Made by a program: the position numbers and the translations under genes. From assembly GCA_977030845.1 (NCBI GenBank), contig OZ365118.1, positions 3,658,001-3,722,000 of the forward strand: a stretch of DNA of 64,000 nt. Direction: 5' to 3'. The stretch's first letter is position 1. Every line of letters starts with the position of its first letter. The stretch comes from Fimbriosthenelais zetlandica (Eukaryota). The notes under the pieces were generated by a model. That model ran no database searches. It was not told the DNA's origin and saw nothing but the letters and a program-made list of their open reading frames with translations. Below, piece by piece: positions 11,951 through 24,110 of this stretch.

Positions 11951-12416
11951 ACCAATTATAGATACTGATTCCCTCTATGTAGATGAGTGAAGTCATACGT
12001 CTAATTATTGAATGCTAATCATTCAGACATTCTCCAGGGAATAGCGTATTTTAATTACTCCTAGTACTAAATATATCAAGGTCGTGAAACCACATTCATG
12101 GAATTTAAAACCAGAACCTGGTAAGAAACAGGGAAAAATTCATTAGTTTTTGTGTGGTGGGAAGAGTGGTTATTTGATATCAAAGGGAAGGTACAACTTC
12201 AACACCTTTTTGCCCAGTCGTACAACCTGTCCACCTTCCCCTGCTCCTCACAGTGATACCCGAGCATGGCGACATGGACGGTTGTATAGCTGACTATACT
12301 GCGCTTTTGTGGCCAGGATTGAAACCTGTCAAGCACAGAGTTAATTTGAGACGCGTCTCTGCTGTAGGTTGGAGACTAATTTGGAGGGGTCCCTCTGGCC
12401 TATTCTTCTAGGGGCG

Positions 12417-12841
12417 TGTCGGGGGTAGGGGTACCCTACTGATTTATTATGGGGAGGGGTGAGAGGGGCGTGGTACGGTTGTAAAGATGGTCAGATGTCC
12501 CACCAACAGACTCCACTATTCTCACCTCACAAGCTAAACCCGCCAAATGCCTGTGGTGATAGGGCCTCCACCTGACTGTCGGAATTACAGTACTTGCCAA
12601 CATGTTCTTATGGACAAAAGACCTTAAAAGGGCCCTGCAGACTGGCCCCCTTGGGTCCTTAAAGTCCTCTCGGGGGAGGTTAAGGGTTGTTGTCAGAGCT
12701 GTGTGCCTCCCGTGTCTGCTTCCAGGGAAGCTTTACCGGTGTTGTGAAAAGATAGCAGTGCCCCTTCTGACATCACGGTTCCTCCAGTAATAAAGACTTG
12801 TTTGGTATTGCTCATGCCTGGCACGCCACCTAGGAATCACA
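12417..12841 (+). mobile_element. Possible solo LTR
   Basis: Begins TGT and ends ACA. TATA-like CCTTAAAAGG at ~12622, AATAAA at 12789-12794, about 45 bp before the end. No target-site duplication seen, so the boundaries are uncertain. Confidence 0.35.
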
Positions 12842-13589
12842 TGTGTACTCATGTGTCAAAGGTTAATGCTTTCTAGCGTGCACAAATTTCCTCCTCCGAT
12901 ATAATTCCCTGATTGCTTTCTCTACGAGAGGGACACACTTAAAGCATGACAATCAAGGACCGATAGCTTTGCCGTCTGTCTCTTCAATTGCCTCCATCTA
13001 TGTGACAACTTAATAAAGATAGTTGGTAATTAAGGGAGCGGGGGGGTGTGTGGTCACTCACTAAGACCATGTGTTTAGTGACCAGTAAAGGGGATGTATC
13101 TATCACAATGAAGACATGCAAGCCACTATAGACACATTCTTACTGAGTGGCGTGGTCAATAAGTAAAGTCAAGATAACAGTATGGTCAGTGTAGGTAGTG
13201 GTCAGCTGGCCTGCTGGTGCCAATGGTCAAGCCTAGTGGACAGCCATGGCGGCTGACCCCCATAGACAAGCCTTGACCTCCTCCAGTAGCTGACCTGTAA
13301 GGGTGGTCGCGTGCTACGTCACAGTCCTGCTTAATGCGGACAAATAGAAGATGCCGGCCGTCTGTTTAAATTGGCATGCACATTTGGCTGGTGGAATGGG
13401 AAAAAGTTATTTTCAGAGGTTCTGGGTCTGGCCTGTCCCTTGTCCGCACGAAAGGCCTGCTCGGGCAGCCTTCCCTAGCGTACATCTGCGAGCCTTCTTA
13501 TCACAGACCTCCTCTCTACCATGTCCTTTCATTCCTTCACACCAACGTTCAGTCTCTTTTTTTGAAGCACTGAACCAAAAGAATAACCG

Positions 13590-13850
13590 CATTTTCAGGC
13601 TCCCACCAGTCCACAAAGGGAATGGATTTTCTTTATAAGAGGAGGGGATCCCACCCAAATAGATGCAGGTTGGGAGAGGCTGGGTTCCTTTTTAATCCCT
13701 CAGATAACAAGGTGCATGGCTTCCACTGGCCCTGTGAACATTTCTCAACAATTATGTGCTTTCCGGGAGGTCTGAAAAAGCAGGGACTGGCCAGTGATGG
13801 CTGCGAAATGATGAAAACAATAGTTCCGCAGCCATTATTTACCACTGCTC
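13590..13850 (-). mobile_element. Decayed Ty3/Gypsy pol fragment (RT C-terminus and connection)
   Basis: VEKC (13749-13738), SEGLKRNPA (13704-13678; cf. SxEGLxMDPxK, with two single-nucleotide changes), then IKKIHSLCGLVG in a shifted frame (13636-13601; cf. VKEVRSFLGLxG). Confidence 0.55.
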
Positions 13851-14249
13851 CTAATTAGTAGTACAACTTTTTTCAGTGGTATTTCCAATGGTGGTCTGTT
13901 CTTAGCGGTGTAATTTTTTGCCGGCGCCTCTTTTTAGCCTGTGTCTTTTGGTTCTGGTGGGAGCGGTATTTCAATCAGAGACGGCTTTGTTTTCTCTTCT
14001 TCTCGGGCCTGGTCGAGTATTTATAACATTGAGATGAAACAAAAGAGGGGATGAGGGCGCTACACAGCCACCTTTAGCTGGGAATTCATTAAAGGAACAA
14101 AGCACAAGTCCCCAGCAGGTGTTACGTTTGTTCAATTAATAAGAAAATCTATTCACTCCACGAAAAGTTGATAAATGTGAATAATATATTAAGTTTAATC
14201 ATTCACAATATGGAGTGAATTACTTTTCAACAGATCTAGCAAACATTCT

Positions 14250-14560
14250 GTATTTGGAGATTTTATCTCGCAATATAGTATACACTTGGGCTTAAAAACC
14301 AATAGGTTTCGTATATCATTAACAGAAATGTACCCTATATTGGGTGCGTTTCCTTTATAAGTCATATGTAATATGGCTCATGGAAACATAAGGTGAAAGA
14401 CTGTAGGAATATTCATTTTCACATTTGTAAAGCATACCACCGGTTGTGTGAAAGGGTATTCAATGGCATGGACAAGAAGTGGTGCATGTAAGAAACCATT
14501 ACATAAATCACATGTAGAAATGTCTGTACAAGGCAATAGCCAATCTATCAGCTGCCTAAA
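14250..14560 (-). mobile_element. Weak Penelope-like GIY-YIG relic
   Basis: PCTDISTCDLCN..FTQP in ORF 14378-14581 and a downstream KISKYR (cf. RISEHR). The core YxG motif was not found. Confidence 0.22.
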
Positions 14561-15157
14561 CAGGTGCATCTTCATGGACATATAGGTGCATATCTAACAC
14601 AAGCTCATTTTATCCCCACACCAAACAGTCCTCTGCAATGGTACAGACCGACTGATGTTACAATTACAGCAATGTAGGAATAAAGCTAGGAGTGATTTGG
14701 GACTTGTGAAATCAGAATGAATCAGAGAGATGAGTGGAGTGTTACAACAGAGCTCTGAGGGAGCAGTGTGCACCGACCTAGCAGTTGATCGGGCAGTACT
14801 TGGCCTTCACCTCTGCTCTATATTGGGTCGCTTTCCTTCCTCATTCCTCTGCTCTCTACTTGGGCTTTGTTGTCCTCAGAGCTGCATCCTGATTCTACTG
14901 TCTGTCTCTCAAACCAAATTCTGACACCAGCTGAGACAAAGACAGCTGAAGACAGGCTGGCTTCCTCAATGTCTTTAGTCACTCTTGTCTTTGTTAAATT
15001 ACCAGCTCTCTCTTTCTCTCTGTCCTCCCTCTCAGTCCCTCTCTATATCACTATCTCTCCCACTCTTCCTCTATCTCCTATCCTTTCCCCCTTTCCCCTA
15101 ATACCTTCACTCTCGTCTTATCTCCCTCCCTGTCTCCCTATCCCCTCATACCATAAC

Positions 15158-15453
15158 ACTCTCAGCCTCTGTCCCTATCCCATCTCACACTCTCGATATC
15201 TCTCAGCCTCTGTCCCTATCCCATCACTCTTTCTCCTCATCTCTCAGCCTCTGTCCCTATCCCATCTCACACTCTCTCGTTATCTCTCAGCCTCTGTCCC
15301 TATCCCATCTCACACTCTCTCGTTATCTCTCAGCCTCTGTCCCTATCCCATCACACTCTCTCGTTATCTCTCATCCTCTGTCCCTATCCTATTCCATCTC
15401 TCGATATCTCTCAGCTTCTGTCCCTATCCCATCACTCTCTCTCGTTATCTCTC
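15158..15453. repeat. Pyrimidine-rich minisatellite, 40-43 bp unit, 7 copies
   Basis: The core CAGCCTCTGTCCCTATCCC or a variant starts at 15163, 15204, 15245, 15288, 15331, 15372 and 15412. It sits inside a CT-rich tract from ~15000 to 15570. Confidence 0.92.
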
Positions 15454-16598
15454 TGTCTTTGTTTTCCTCTGGTCCTTGCCATCATGTTTATCTCTCTCAC
15501 TTCTCTTTGCTTTCTCCTCATCTCAGCCCACACCCCATCTCTACCACCCACACCCCCTCTCTCACCACTTCAATGCCATATTTCTGCCTCTGTGTGATAG
15601 GAAGCACTCCACTAGCCCACGGACCTTAATACCCCTGGCTATGGCAATGGCCATCATCAGACGAGGCGACATGAGAAATTGGGACCAATTGTGGTGAAGC
15701 ACACATCGCCATGCCACCAGCCTGGCAATAGAGGCGACATGATCCTAATCCCGAGCTAGTGCTCCCAGGAGATAGCAAGATGACCATATCATCCCATAGA
15801 TGCAGCGTCTTTAATATAAATCCCTTATCAGTAGGTCTTACCACCATTTCTAACATAGTCAACATGTCTTGGCTATATATTCCCCCACCTTTCACCAGTC
15901 TTCCTGGATGTGTTCCTTCATCACTGTGACGAATAAACGCCGCCGAGGCTTAACCGGAAGTCTTTCCCAAACACCTCGCGGTGAATGACGCCGGCACATT
16001 CTGAAGGCACAGTTTCCCCTTTTTGTCGCTTTTGCATCTCGAATCATCTAGAATTATATCATGCCTGCCAGCACTTTGACGGCTTGATTGAATTTGAATG
16101 CTCCAATGGAAGCCTTCCCTACAAGCCCCCTTTCCATTTCCCGATATAATTATAAAGTTGTGAAATCTCCATAAGGGAGTTTGGTTTCCGGCTGGGAGTG
16201 CAGAGACCCAGCTTTGTGTTTCCTCAATGGTAAAGCACCAGCCTCATCTGGAGAGCTGGGGACAGGCACGGGGGCATTGGCAGAACTGCTCAGCCTAGTT
16301 TTATGACCCGATAGAAAATAAAGTGAACCTAGTTCCACTCTCAGAATTGCCTTCTGTGGGGGGTTTTTCCATATGAAAAAGGTCGATGGAATGGCAATAT
16401 GTGATTCAGGCAAGGCGGGCCTATAAATGGGCCTTTCTCCAGGCAAAGGTAATCAATAGGAAGACGTATGTAGATAGGGGATGGATGGTGCAGGATCGAT
16501 GTCAAAGAAAGTCAGAGATAATTTTCTGATGCCAAACCGTGGCTGGTGACATCTTGGTCAATTACTATTAAATGGATCACGTCCTTATAGTGGCCCCA

Positions 16599-16680
16599 TA
16601 TAGAGGTTAAAGACTGGATCCACTGGGTCTCTTATAGAGGTTAAAGACTGGATCCATTGGGTCTCTTATAGAAAGTTAAA
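16599..16680. repeat. 34-bp tandem repeat, ~2.4 copies, with decayed copies to ~16840
   Basis: TATAGAGGTTAAAGACTGGATCCACTGGGTCTCT starts at 16599, 16633 and 16667 (partial). A related CCACTGGGCCCCATTATGGAGGTTAA occurs at ~16738. Confidence 0.88.
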
Positions 16681-17639
16681 CACATAAACCAATGTACTCA
16701 TAATTATAAAGGTGAAGCATATGAAAAGGGGCAAGAACCACTGGGCCCCATTATGGAGGTTAACCATATGAAAGGGTATAAACTAATGTCTGCTATCTAG
16801 ACATTAAAAAGGTACCAACTTGACCCCATTTTAACATATGAAATCATAACAATTATACTGATCAGTATAGAGATTCTCTCAGATATACGCTTCAGATATG
16901 ATCTGTCTAGATTAAACGTCTGCTCTAGCTGCTATAGTAAGCAGTAGACATGATCTCCACTTACACAACTCCACCAAGGCCACCAGACCTTCACTAGACT
17001 AATCAAAGCCTAGATCTAATTTTGATGAGAACTATATATTTGCATCTAGAGGTATGTCCTAGCATGAGGAGCATCTTATCTGAGCTACATATCAAAGCTC
17101 GGGCTTACTACATGTGCAAGGAGGAGGACAGAATGTCATTAGTATGCAACTGATACAAGTCCCTTAACAGATGACTTAATAGAGCATCCTAGCAGAGAAT
17201 AGTAGCGAAACAAATCTCACTTTATGGTTGTACTTTATAAAAGTCATTAAATGGCACAATAAGGGAGCCTCAATTTAGTAGCAGGCTCCTCCTACTGATA
17301 GACTAAATGAGTGAAAGAAAGAGAACGGCTGGGGAGAGCCATTTCCTTGATGGGAGACAGGCCGCTCTTGCTCCTTCCTGAATCTTGTCATGCACCTGCC
17401 CATCTCAATGTACAGATCGTAAACTAGCTCATGCCACTAACTGACAGCAAGCCTCGCAAAGCTCGCAAGGCTAACATAACATAATTGTCAGCTGTATTAT
17501 CCTTTCGGCACGGAAATTTGTAATTTTGGTAGGTGGGGGGTGAGCGGGATTGCCTTGTTGTGGCCCCCGAGGCGGCATGTCGCTGAGAACAGGATGGACT
17601 GAGGAATAGAGAAAAATAGCAGTCACCTTCTTTGTCATG

Positions 17640-20200
17640 GCTAATCAGACGGCAGAGGTCCAGCGTGGACTTGGTATGTATAGACCTGTGGTTATATGTC
17701 CCTCAACTGACAGGAACTTGACGTGCATATATATAGCACTGGGTTGTAGTCATATACAAACTCTTCTCTCCAATACTAATGGACGCTTAACGACTGCTAT
17801 ATTCTTTTCAAAACCAAAAACTAGTCCTGAAACTTTGGGTTAATAGAATGTATCCAACACACTTAAAACAATTATCAATGGAACCTGGCACCAATTTGTT
17901 ATTAGATATGACTAATTCAAACCCTGTAGTTCAAAATTCAACGATAATTGTTTCTTTTTTATAAAGGTATATAGCAGGATGTAAACTGCAAGACTGAATT
18001 AGCATAAGATCCTTCACACTTCTCTCCAATGAACAGTACCGATATAAACTAACAAAGGCATGGAGGCCGGCGACCATGTGGTCCAGGCTGGAATGTCAGG
18101 ATAGAATTTATGGCAATAATAATTTCCGGGTGTCCCTTCTAACAACCTCCATTTTCTCCCCAACTTCAATCTGTCTCAAGACACAAGCATCCGCCAAATC
18201 CGGCCTGAGCCTTGGCGATCCTTCTCCTGACCCTGGCATCATGATGCGGGCAGACACGAGGCAGCAAGCTGGAACATATTTTCTGCATTAGCACCATGTG
18301 CTGTCAACACCATATTACAGGCCCCTGGGGTGCACGAGGTTACTGGACAAACTTCGATCTCCCCGCTTTATTGTAGAGGCAATGTGTCCCCCGATCAGTC
18401 CCCAGTGGTCCCCAGTCAATGCCACCAATACAGGCAAGGCAAGTACTGCCTCATATTAATGATACATCCGGGGCTTTGAAGCCAACCTCCTTCATTCCCC
18501 ACTCTCCTCCTTACCTCAGACTTTCTTGTTTTCTGTTCACAAATATTATTCCAGTTCCTCCTGGTGTGATTAGATCTGTCATGCCATGAAATCAAGTGAT
18601 GCAAAGTAGCATCCTCCGCCATCATGCAGAGTTGAAAAACCTATTATCATTTGCATCGTAAATTCATCAGTATTGCATTGCTTCTAGAAGTGATTGGGGG
18701 GAACTGGGTTGAAAGTGAAATAAATCTCCAAATGTCTTTCAGAAGTCTTTGTATAATAGTGATATTTGTAAAGAGGATAACAAAAACCGCCCCCCATAAG
18801 CCCGTATATTATTAGCTTCATTTCTGTGACAGCGATGTGGAGCTGTTGGAAGGACAGGTAGGGAGTTCATACCACAGGCACAAATATTATCTTATTCAAT
18901 GAATCCAATTTCAATGGGACAAAGGATCAGAGCTCCTTCAGGCAAATATTATGAAAATTACTGCGAGAGGATGAGGTCCAATTTGTCATCCAAGTTGGTG
19001 GAGATGTCATCCTTATTAAGCCCAGAGAAAACACGTTTTTGTAACGATGTTGGCAAAGGTGAGAGGGTTCTCTAGTCCTTACGAGCAAGCAATTTTCTTA
19101 TTTACTCCGGGAAACAAGGGCCGAGTGGTGACAAAAAGTCTATTCCCAGTACGATTGATTACTATACACTGACACTTCGTGAAAGAAACTTATTTATGAT
19201 GATGAGAAACATTATCTTGGAGCTAAAAAGGGATAAAAAATCATCCAATTGAAGATATTATGAACTGAGAGTGGGCTGGGATACAACTATTTTTTAAAGT
19301 GAATTTATAGAAGATGAGAAATGATGGTTAATTTTCACGTACACAAATAATATCAAGTGCAGTAACTTCGAGATGAGAACGGTGGATACAACAGGCAAAT
19401 ATTCACAGCAATCAATATGTTCAGTTCAAAGCTTTTACAGCAAGTTGAAAGTGAATCCACAGATTGCATGACCCAACGCCGGGAGTTCACACACTATAGA
19501 GAAGCTTAATCAAATTATAATCAGATCATTGCGTTTGTAACCTGAGCGGGAGCAGCACTTCTTGCCCGTGTTAAATGAATTCAGAATGTAACAGGTGCTG
19601 CAAGTTGAAAGATTCAAGTCTGGACTTAAAATCGCTAATAGCACACAACAAGTTGGTCCTCGAGATAACTCCATCACCCCGACATCCACCCCTCTCATCC
19701 TCCCAAACCAAGGGAAAATAGCTAATTGGCACGGTGCCTCATCTTACAGGGGGAATCCAAACCATGGCCAACACTCCCCACGACAGAGTAAAGTGCTCTC
19801 AATCCTACGGCAAATTACAGGCCACTCTTTAATTGTCCTATCCGCTGCTTCAAAAGTTACAGAAAATTCTTAATGACGCTTGTATTAGTTTTAGTAAAGA
19901 TCATTACGTTTAAAATGCTTCTCAAAACGGTTCACCGATAAATTGGAAAAGAAAGACTGTAAAGGTATATAGGTAATTCTAGCGAATAAATACTTGTAAG
20001 TCAGATCTGAGATAATATGTTTATGATCGGCTCATTAAGTATCATGTTTTGGGTAGAAGGACTGGAACAAGAGATGGTAAAAAGAATCAATTCAGTTTTC
20101 TACGATCCCGTTACTAAAAGTAGCTGGATGAAAATATATCATCCGTCATACATGGCAGATCACAGCCCCTACAGCTAAGGTGAGTAAGAGATACTCGGAG
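17640..20200 (+). mobile_element. Long decayed L1-clade LINE (ORF1 end, endonuclease, RT start)
   Basis: In order: TAEVQR (ORF 17637; ORF1 C-terminus), IALLLE and RSLCIIV (~18675-18765; cf. LQETH and RGVAIL), VGGD (18994-19005; cf. GGDFN), LPNQGK..HG (~19700-19735; cf. GKAPGPDG), ACISFSKD (~19878), DCK..ILAN (19955-19987; cf. DxKILAKILANRL). Confidence 0.55.
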
Positions 20201-22864
20201 AAAATCCTCAAATCAAATTCATTTATCAGATATAAAAGTAAAGTTGAACAATGGACCTGGAAATCCTGCTTAACATCTGATATAATCTAACTGAGTTTAC
20301 AAAGTGAATCAGGTACTCGATACACTTGATGTTTCATCTTACAAGTGGCCAAAGTCAGATTCATTCTTTATTCTTGAGATGCTGAATGGGATGCAATGCT
20401 AAGGTTTTATAGCTTAACACATTCCATGAATTATGTGATTACTGGGTTTGCTTAGAAATATATTACACGCATTTCCTCCTGACTTTTACAGATTAAACCC
20501 CACCCGGATATGGTGGACCCACGAGGGGATCAGAGAGACAATGTAAAATGAAAGGATCGGGTTTAGGGATTAGACAAGTGAAATACTTGTGGAAAACCAT
20601 AGATTTTAAGGTGGACGGTCCTGAGAAAGGTCCTGTGCTCCTTGACTTACAATTCTCCGTGTAAAGGGCAGGATGGTACTGACCTAGTTGGGAAGTACAC
20701 GTATAATAACACCCATTCTATGCTCCTTCCCCTTTATTTTCTGCCAACTTGTGACCATATCTGAAAGGTCATGAGCGTGCCGCCTTAAATTGTCAGTCAT
20801 TAACATTCAGCTCAGCTCGGCCCATCCTCTGCTGGTGACAGGGCTAAGTATTATCCGCACCTTTTACGGCCTCTCTCTCCTTCCTTCTCATACTCTTCCA
20901 CCTCCTTCCTTCCTTCATGCCATTTCTCCCCCCGCCTGCTCTTAATATACCCCAACTCCTCCACTACATCAACTTTAAATCACAGCAGCCAAACAAAATA
21001 TAATCCTTGACATTGTTAGATGTTTTTCCACATATGTCTTGAATGTCTTACTATATATCTAAGATTGCTATAGAAAGAATGGCATGTTGTAGCTGCAGGT
21101 GCTTCAAGAGCTATGCATTTTAAAAACAATATTTTTAGTATTTGCTAGTACAGGCCATATATACTATAGCTGTGGAATGAAAATGTCACAGTCCTTAGAC
21201 CTTAAAAAGAACAGCCTCCACCAAAGGTCTCTATAGCGAGGGGAAAGTTTGCCGGGTCATATAAAGCGCATGTCGCACAAAGCTGATAGTTGAGTCGGCT
21301 TGGTCGGGAGGAGTTTGAAGTCACGGGTGAAGCAGCACTGATCCTGGACTTATAATACCCGGATCACAGACCTTCCATTCACCGCAGACCCTGGTCAATG
21401 GACTTAGCTCTTCAAAGGAGCCAGCCATGGTGAGAGAGAACCCTCCACCACCTAAGCTTTCCGCCCTGTCTTTGTACTCGGGTCTCACTTGGCCTGCACC
21501 TTAAACCCCTTCTCTCTACTCAAGTCGCTGGTATATTTGGGTGGTAAGCAATCCACTTGCCTTCCTATATACCAAGAGTCTCCACGATGGGCTTTTGATT
21601 TTGTGATTTCGACATCACAATGGGATAACAAAAGGCTGGGGGACCTAGGCACTTATACAAGGTCCTGTCCCTTCTAACAGAAAAGGGCACAAGATGCATT
21701 GCTGACAAAACTGATGGGGTTTAAAATCTAAATTTAACATTTCGATATTCTAACATTACTGTATGTATTGAAGCTTATAGATCATATTTGAAAATCCTAT
21801 GCTGAGTTGTATTTAATCTTTCATTTGGAATATTTGACTATTGGCAAGGCCACGGGAGACGGGATTATTCAGAGGTATTCCATGGTTATTTACTGATATT
21901 TCTCATAGCCCGGTCAGGACTTGCGGCTATGGCTTCTTTAAGGCCAACATGTTGCTATCTTTGGTCACTTTCAGAGTTAAGCTACAGGTCAGACCTCAAG
22001 GGATAAATCCTGGTCTATTTCCAATAAGAAAATGAGAGAGGCTTTTTAGCGGGAGGGAGAGAGAGGAGTAAGATGCCATTGGCAACACCTGCAGCCATGA
22101 GCACTGTGTTTCACTTCATATTGTGAATGATAGGAAATTCATGTGCCAGGTGGAGATGAACAGCTCTATACTTCATCTACAATCCGTAGCTTCTACATAT
22201 GAGATGGCTGTGCAATCCTGTGGTTATATAGACATATGTAGGATCCACTTAAATATATTATTCAAAATAGTACTTTTCTGTCATTGTCCAAAACCTAAAT
22301 CATTGGCACAAGATGGGTGCGTAAAACCCTTGTGGCTATATTTCTCAAAATAAATGTGGTCTTTTTAGGCTTTCTAAAAGTCATTGCATTAATTACAATG
22401 TATCGATTCAGTTAAGGCTGATGAATAATATGATTAGGGGTGGAATAGGGGATGGATATAATGAATAATACAACACTGATGGTGGGAGATAGTGAAGGTA
22501 AGCACATCTAGACCCCATTCAGGGGTAATAAACCTGAAGGGGTTTGTCCTTTTCAAACAGACCCCCTTCTCCTGGCCTGAGTAGTAACCTCTTTTAGCCC
22601 GTGGTTTACATGGCCTCCAGGACCAGGGCGACCATTCTATACTAGTCCCAGCTCAGCTTTGTGTGTGGTGAAGGTGTGTGGGAGCCCTTGATCCAGCAGA
22701 AGGACCAAGGCGATATCAAACACAAAGGGGCGTGGGAATGATTACAGGTTTCTATCCTAGCTACAACTGCCTGGTTAAACGTGACATATCATTAGATGGT
22801 GGAGTCTAACAGGCCAATACATCACGACCAAAAGCACCTTATTAATTTTATTGCCTCCAAGTCA

Positions 22865-22940
22865 CTGCCTCAGGGTTCTACCTTGGTTCCAATACTTTCA
22901 GGCAATAATATGGAAAGCTTTGACTTTTGTTTGGATGAGG
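22865..22940 (+). mobile_element. Short CR1/L2-type RT relic
   Basis: LPQGSTLVPIL at 22865-22897 (cf. VPQGSxLGPxLF). Only this one motif supports the call. Confidence 0.35.
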
Positions 22941-23779
22941 AATTGCCATTTGGATAATGAAGACCTTAATGAATCGCACCATTAGGCAGGGAAAATACAG
23001 GTCTGTAAGACGGGGTGCGCGCGTTGGCCATTGTCTGTGTTGTGGGGATGGGGTGGGGTGATCTGTAAGTGACTAAAACATCTAGATAATGAGTCTCGGC
23101 TTAAACACCAACCAAATGGCCATCTTGTATTGTGACAGTGTACTCCCTTTGACAACAGTCAGCATGTGGTCGTGTATTGAGTGTGGGTAATGCATTATTG
23201 TGCTGCACATATTGAGATAAATGTGTCACTGAGTTAGGGTCGTAGAGGAAGTGGGTGTATGATAAGTAATCACAGCTGACAGCTGCCCTGTTTACATTTC
23301 CACAATCAATGTCTTGGAATGTGGGGCATGAAGGTGTAAAAAATGAGGCCATGTTAAAGACAAAGCCTAATATTGCCTGTCAATAATTTACTTGGCATTC
23401 ATAGCCATTTAACACATCTGGTGAGGAAACATGTACATATTATCTACGCCTCGCTAGCATTGATCAATGTTAAAGTTTTGTCACCAGGGTCTGTGCATTG
23501 TGCATGGATTTACTCATTGACAATGCTTGTATGCCCAGCATGCATCTGGCACACTCTGATCTTGCACCTTCTCATGTTCACTTCCGGTGTAAACAGACCT
23601 CAACACGACTGCGCATGCTCCAGTACCAGCCGTCAGATAGCCTATAAGTCCGCTTTGAATCAGGACGCCATCGATCTCCCATTCCTCCAGCTTTGCGCCT
23701 GCGCAGTGCATGGCGGACCACAAAACCTCAACTGCTGGAAGACATTGCACTGGAGCCAATCGTGGTCCAGGGAGGCTAT

Positions 23780-24110
23780 GAGATTTCTCACTGAAATAGT
23801 CCTGTAATCTGGCCTTGAAGGCAGCAGCCGACTTAAGCGAGGCCTTATCTCGCTCAGTGTTGAAGTGATTTCCGAGACGAATGGCTCCCCGAAAGAGCTA
23901 TTTGTCAGGTTTATAATCATAATTGTCTTCCTCTTTTCCACTTTTGCTTTCGATGGCAGAATACAAATGGGGCGATCTGAAGGGGAGGCCCTGGCGCGGT
24001 ATATTCAGGATTATATTTCGCTGAACCAGCCTCAGGCACTTTTTTCCCTATGCCGACAATGGGTTATTTTTTACTGAGAATTCTTTGTTGTCAATGTCTT
24101 CTCGACAGTG
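23780..24110 (-). mobile_element. Decayed L1 ORF1 (RRM region) fragment
   Basis: EDIDN (24101-24087), NN then IVGI (24060-24049; cf. EDLENRSRRNNLRIVGIPE), CHR (23958-23950; cf. RAHR), IMIINL (cf. PRPIIVKF), FKARLQDYFSE (cf. FxGxxIxIFxDFS). Confidence 0.45.

Noticed and set aside
14867-15697. Longest ORF (276 aa)
   Set aside because: It stays open only because the CT-rich minisatellite strand lacks stop codons. The product is low-complexity S/L/P.
15626-16446. LWDDMVILL and PGERPIYRP as RT-like relics
   Set aside because: The motifs point to different element classes and are not collinear.
19510-19698. TCSTC..TGKK on the minus strand as a Penelope zinc motif
   Set aside because: The opposite strand carries a consistent ordered series of L1 motifs, and no GIY-YIG core follows.
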